Below, piece by piece: positions 30,769 through 32,000 of a stretch of DNA of 32,000 bases (position 1 is the stretch's first letter; each line of letters begins with the position of its first letter). The notes under the pieces are model-generated. The model worked only from the letters and a program-made list of their open reading frames with translations, did no database searches and was not told the origin of the DNA. The stretch comes from Candidatus Nanosynbacter lyticus (GTDB lineage: Bacteria > Patescibacteriota > Saccharimonadia > Saccharimonadales > Saccharimonadaceae), in NCBI RefSeq assembly GCF_000803625.1, contig NZ_CP007496.1, forward strand, positions 660,001 through 692,000, in the 5' to 3' direction. The translations under genes were made by a program, and so were the position numbers.

Positions 30769-32000
30769 ATACTAGTCCCTCAGTTATCTGTAAGCGATGA
30801 AAATATGCATTACCTGCGAGCTTACGGAATATCTCAAGGCCGCGTAGAATCTGGATCACATTGTACGCTTCCAAAAGATGTTGCTAAAAGAGCTGGGTCG
30901 GTTTACGAAGGTAATTTTTCTGCAGACTACTCTAAGCCTATAGACCGCAATACATTAGATGTTGATAAATGTAGTAGTGCATCTGGCTATCCGCCAATTA
31001 TGCACCTGCCGCAAGCAATCGGCATTAATATAGCAAATCTATTTGGAGGATCTACTGGGTTAACTATTCTGTTTGGACGAATTGCTAATATAATTTTTTA
31101 TTCAGTAGCCGTCTTTTTCGTCATAAAATGGGTACGCGTTGGCAAATGGGCATTTACGGCAATTGGGCTTATCCCTCTTATGGTTCATATGGCCGCTTCA
31201 CTATCAAGCGACTGCATGACAAATGTGGCAGTCTTTACAATTACTGCTTTTACCTTGAACCTATTCACCCAAAAGGACAAGTTATCACATAAACAAACAG
31301 TCGCTCTTATCTGTATAGGAGTATTCCTTACTCTAACCAAATCTGTAAATGCCTTACTACTATTTCCTCTTCTGTTTTTACCAAAGCGTCTATTCTCACC
31401 CAACAAAAACGAACGTCTGCCATTTAATATTCAGAAGTGGGCTATATTAACAGTAACTGGTGTTGCCGCGATTATTAGCATACTAATTTGGCAGAAAATA
31501 TTTGGACAGCCGTTACTTACGTTAGGCGCAGCGCACAATCCGCTCCACAGTAATCCATTAAAGTTTATTGCCATACTGTTTAACACCTACATTAGCCCAA
31601 CTATCGGATACACGGATGTTGTATTACGTGGTAGCGTTGGTGATTTTTCATCCTTTAAATACCACCTGCCTTTGTTTGTGTTGATACCGCTCTTTTCCCT
31701 CCTCTTCCTCTCTCTCCTTCATTACAACAAGAAAGACCAGGAGTTATTAGGAGAGCAGACTGGTAAATTGGCAGTGTATAATTTGGCGACAATTGGGTTG
31801 TTTGTTTGTGCAGTGTCGTATGCTATGTATACAGCGTGGGCCTTATTGCCATTTAGGTTTGGCGAGGGAGCGTATTATGCGGATGGTGTTCAGGGTAGAT
31901 ATTTTACAGCAACAGCAGCTATGTTGGTGCCGGTAGGATTGTGGCTGCAGAAGTATATTAATGTGAGAACTAAGAATGACAAGGTATTTAACCTTATTAT
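30676..32000 (+). CDS. Polytopic membrane protein, DUF2142-like, copy 2 (3' end beyond the window)
   Basis: My own translation from ATG 30676 is open to nt 32000 (MKKYWSLFLYFIKKPENVFISLSLFFGVLSAILVPQLSVSDENMHYLRAYGISQGRVE...). It is collinear with copy 1 at a constant offset of 1428 nt. It is absent from the ORF track because no stop is reached. Confidence 0.65.
   Translation, partial: MKKYWSLFLYFIKKPENVFISLSLFFGVLSAILVPQLSVSDENMHYLRAYGISQGRVESGSHCTLPKDVAKRAGSVYEGNFSADYSKPIDRNTLDVDKCSSASGYPPIMHLPQAIGINIANLFGGSTGLTILFGRIANIIFYSVAVFFVIKWVRVGKWAFTAIGLIPLMVHMAASLSSDCMTNVAVFTITAFTLNLFTQKDKLSHKQTVALICIGVFLTLTKSVNALLLFPLLFLPKRLFSPNKNERLPFNIQKWAILTVTGVAAIISILIWQKIFGQPLLTLGAAHNPLHSNPLKFIAILFNTYISPTIGYTDVVLRGSVGDFSSFKYHLPLFVLIPLFSLLFLSLLHYNKKDQELLGEQTGKLAVYNLATIGLFVCAVSYAMYTAWALLPFRFGEGAYYADGVQGRYFTATAAMLVPVGLWLQKYINVRTKNDKVFNLI
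31693..32000 (+). repeat. Partner of the identical 3' block (versus 30265-30572)
   Basis: Same comparison. Confidence 0.85.

Noticed and set aside
31185-31406. 73-aa minus-strand ORF in the ORF track.
   Set aside because: It lies antisense within the second DUF2142-like gene, which is open in frame from 30676 to the window end and is collinear with copy 1.
29248-32000. The 1428-nt periodicity read as a CRISPR-like or satellite repeat array.
   Set aside because: The repeat unit is a full-length protein-coding gene plus a 39-nt spacer. Only two copies are visible and no short direct repeats are present. It is a tandem gene duplication.

Overview
Gene-dense bacterial chromosome segment with no rRNA, CRISPR array or transposase. 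(1) nt 1-5831, minus strand: a type I restriction-modification operon reading hsdM -> truncated RhuM-like ORF -> KAP-family P-loop NTPase -> hsdS -> AbiA/UG-Abi-type reverse transcriptase. The genes are joined by overlapping or near-abutting start/stop codons, and the operon runs off the left edge with no hsdR in the window. This RT- and KAP-loaded R-M operon is my top candidate for an undescribed defence system. (2) A radC-like JAB gene. (3) The anaerobic ribonucleotide reductase operon nrdD-nrdG, extended by an FNR-like flavoreductase and a 585-aa hyper-acidic, Cys-cluster, tail-anchored protein. It is preceded by a sigma70-type promoter interleaved with two NrdR-box-like palindromes. (4) An APH-family kinase, a secreted GH16 glucanase-LRR protein with an LAxTG sorting signal, tRNA-Asn(GTT), and a protein carrying only a LexA DNA-binding domain. 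(5) nt 15.3-32 kb: a Wzx/Wzy-type, rhamnose-containing surface-glycan cluster. It holds a priming phosphotransferase, two GT4, rmlBCDA, two GT2, a DUF2304-like protein, a GT8 with NxH in place of DxD, a second rmlD paralogue and a flippase. It ends in two tandem DUF2142-like membrane-protein paralogues with a mosaic identity pattern; the second is absent from the ORF track because it runs off the window. A recurring TATAAT/TATACT-N6-ATG geometry at 8 genes argues for widespread leaderless transcription. Gene content, the LAxTG signal and the leaderless starts fit a small-genome monoderm (Saccharibacteria/Patescibacteria-like or actinobacterial), but that is inference only. All coordinates were read by hand and could be off by 1 nt where not anchored to an ORF boundary.
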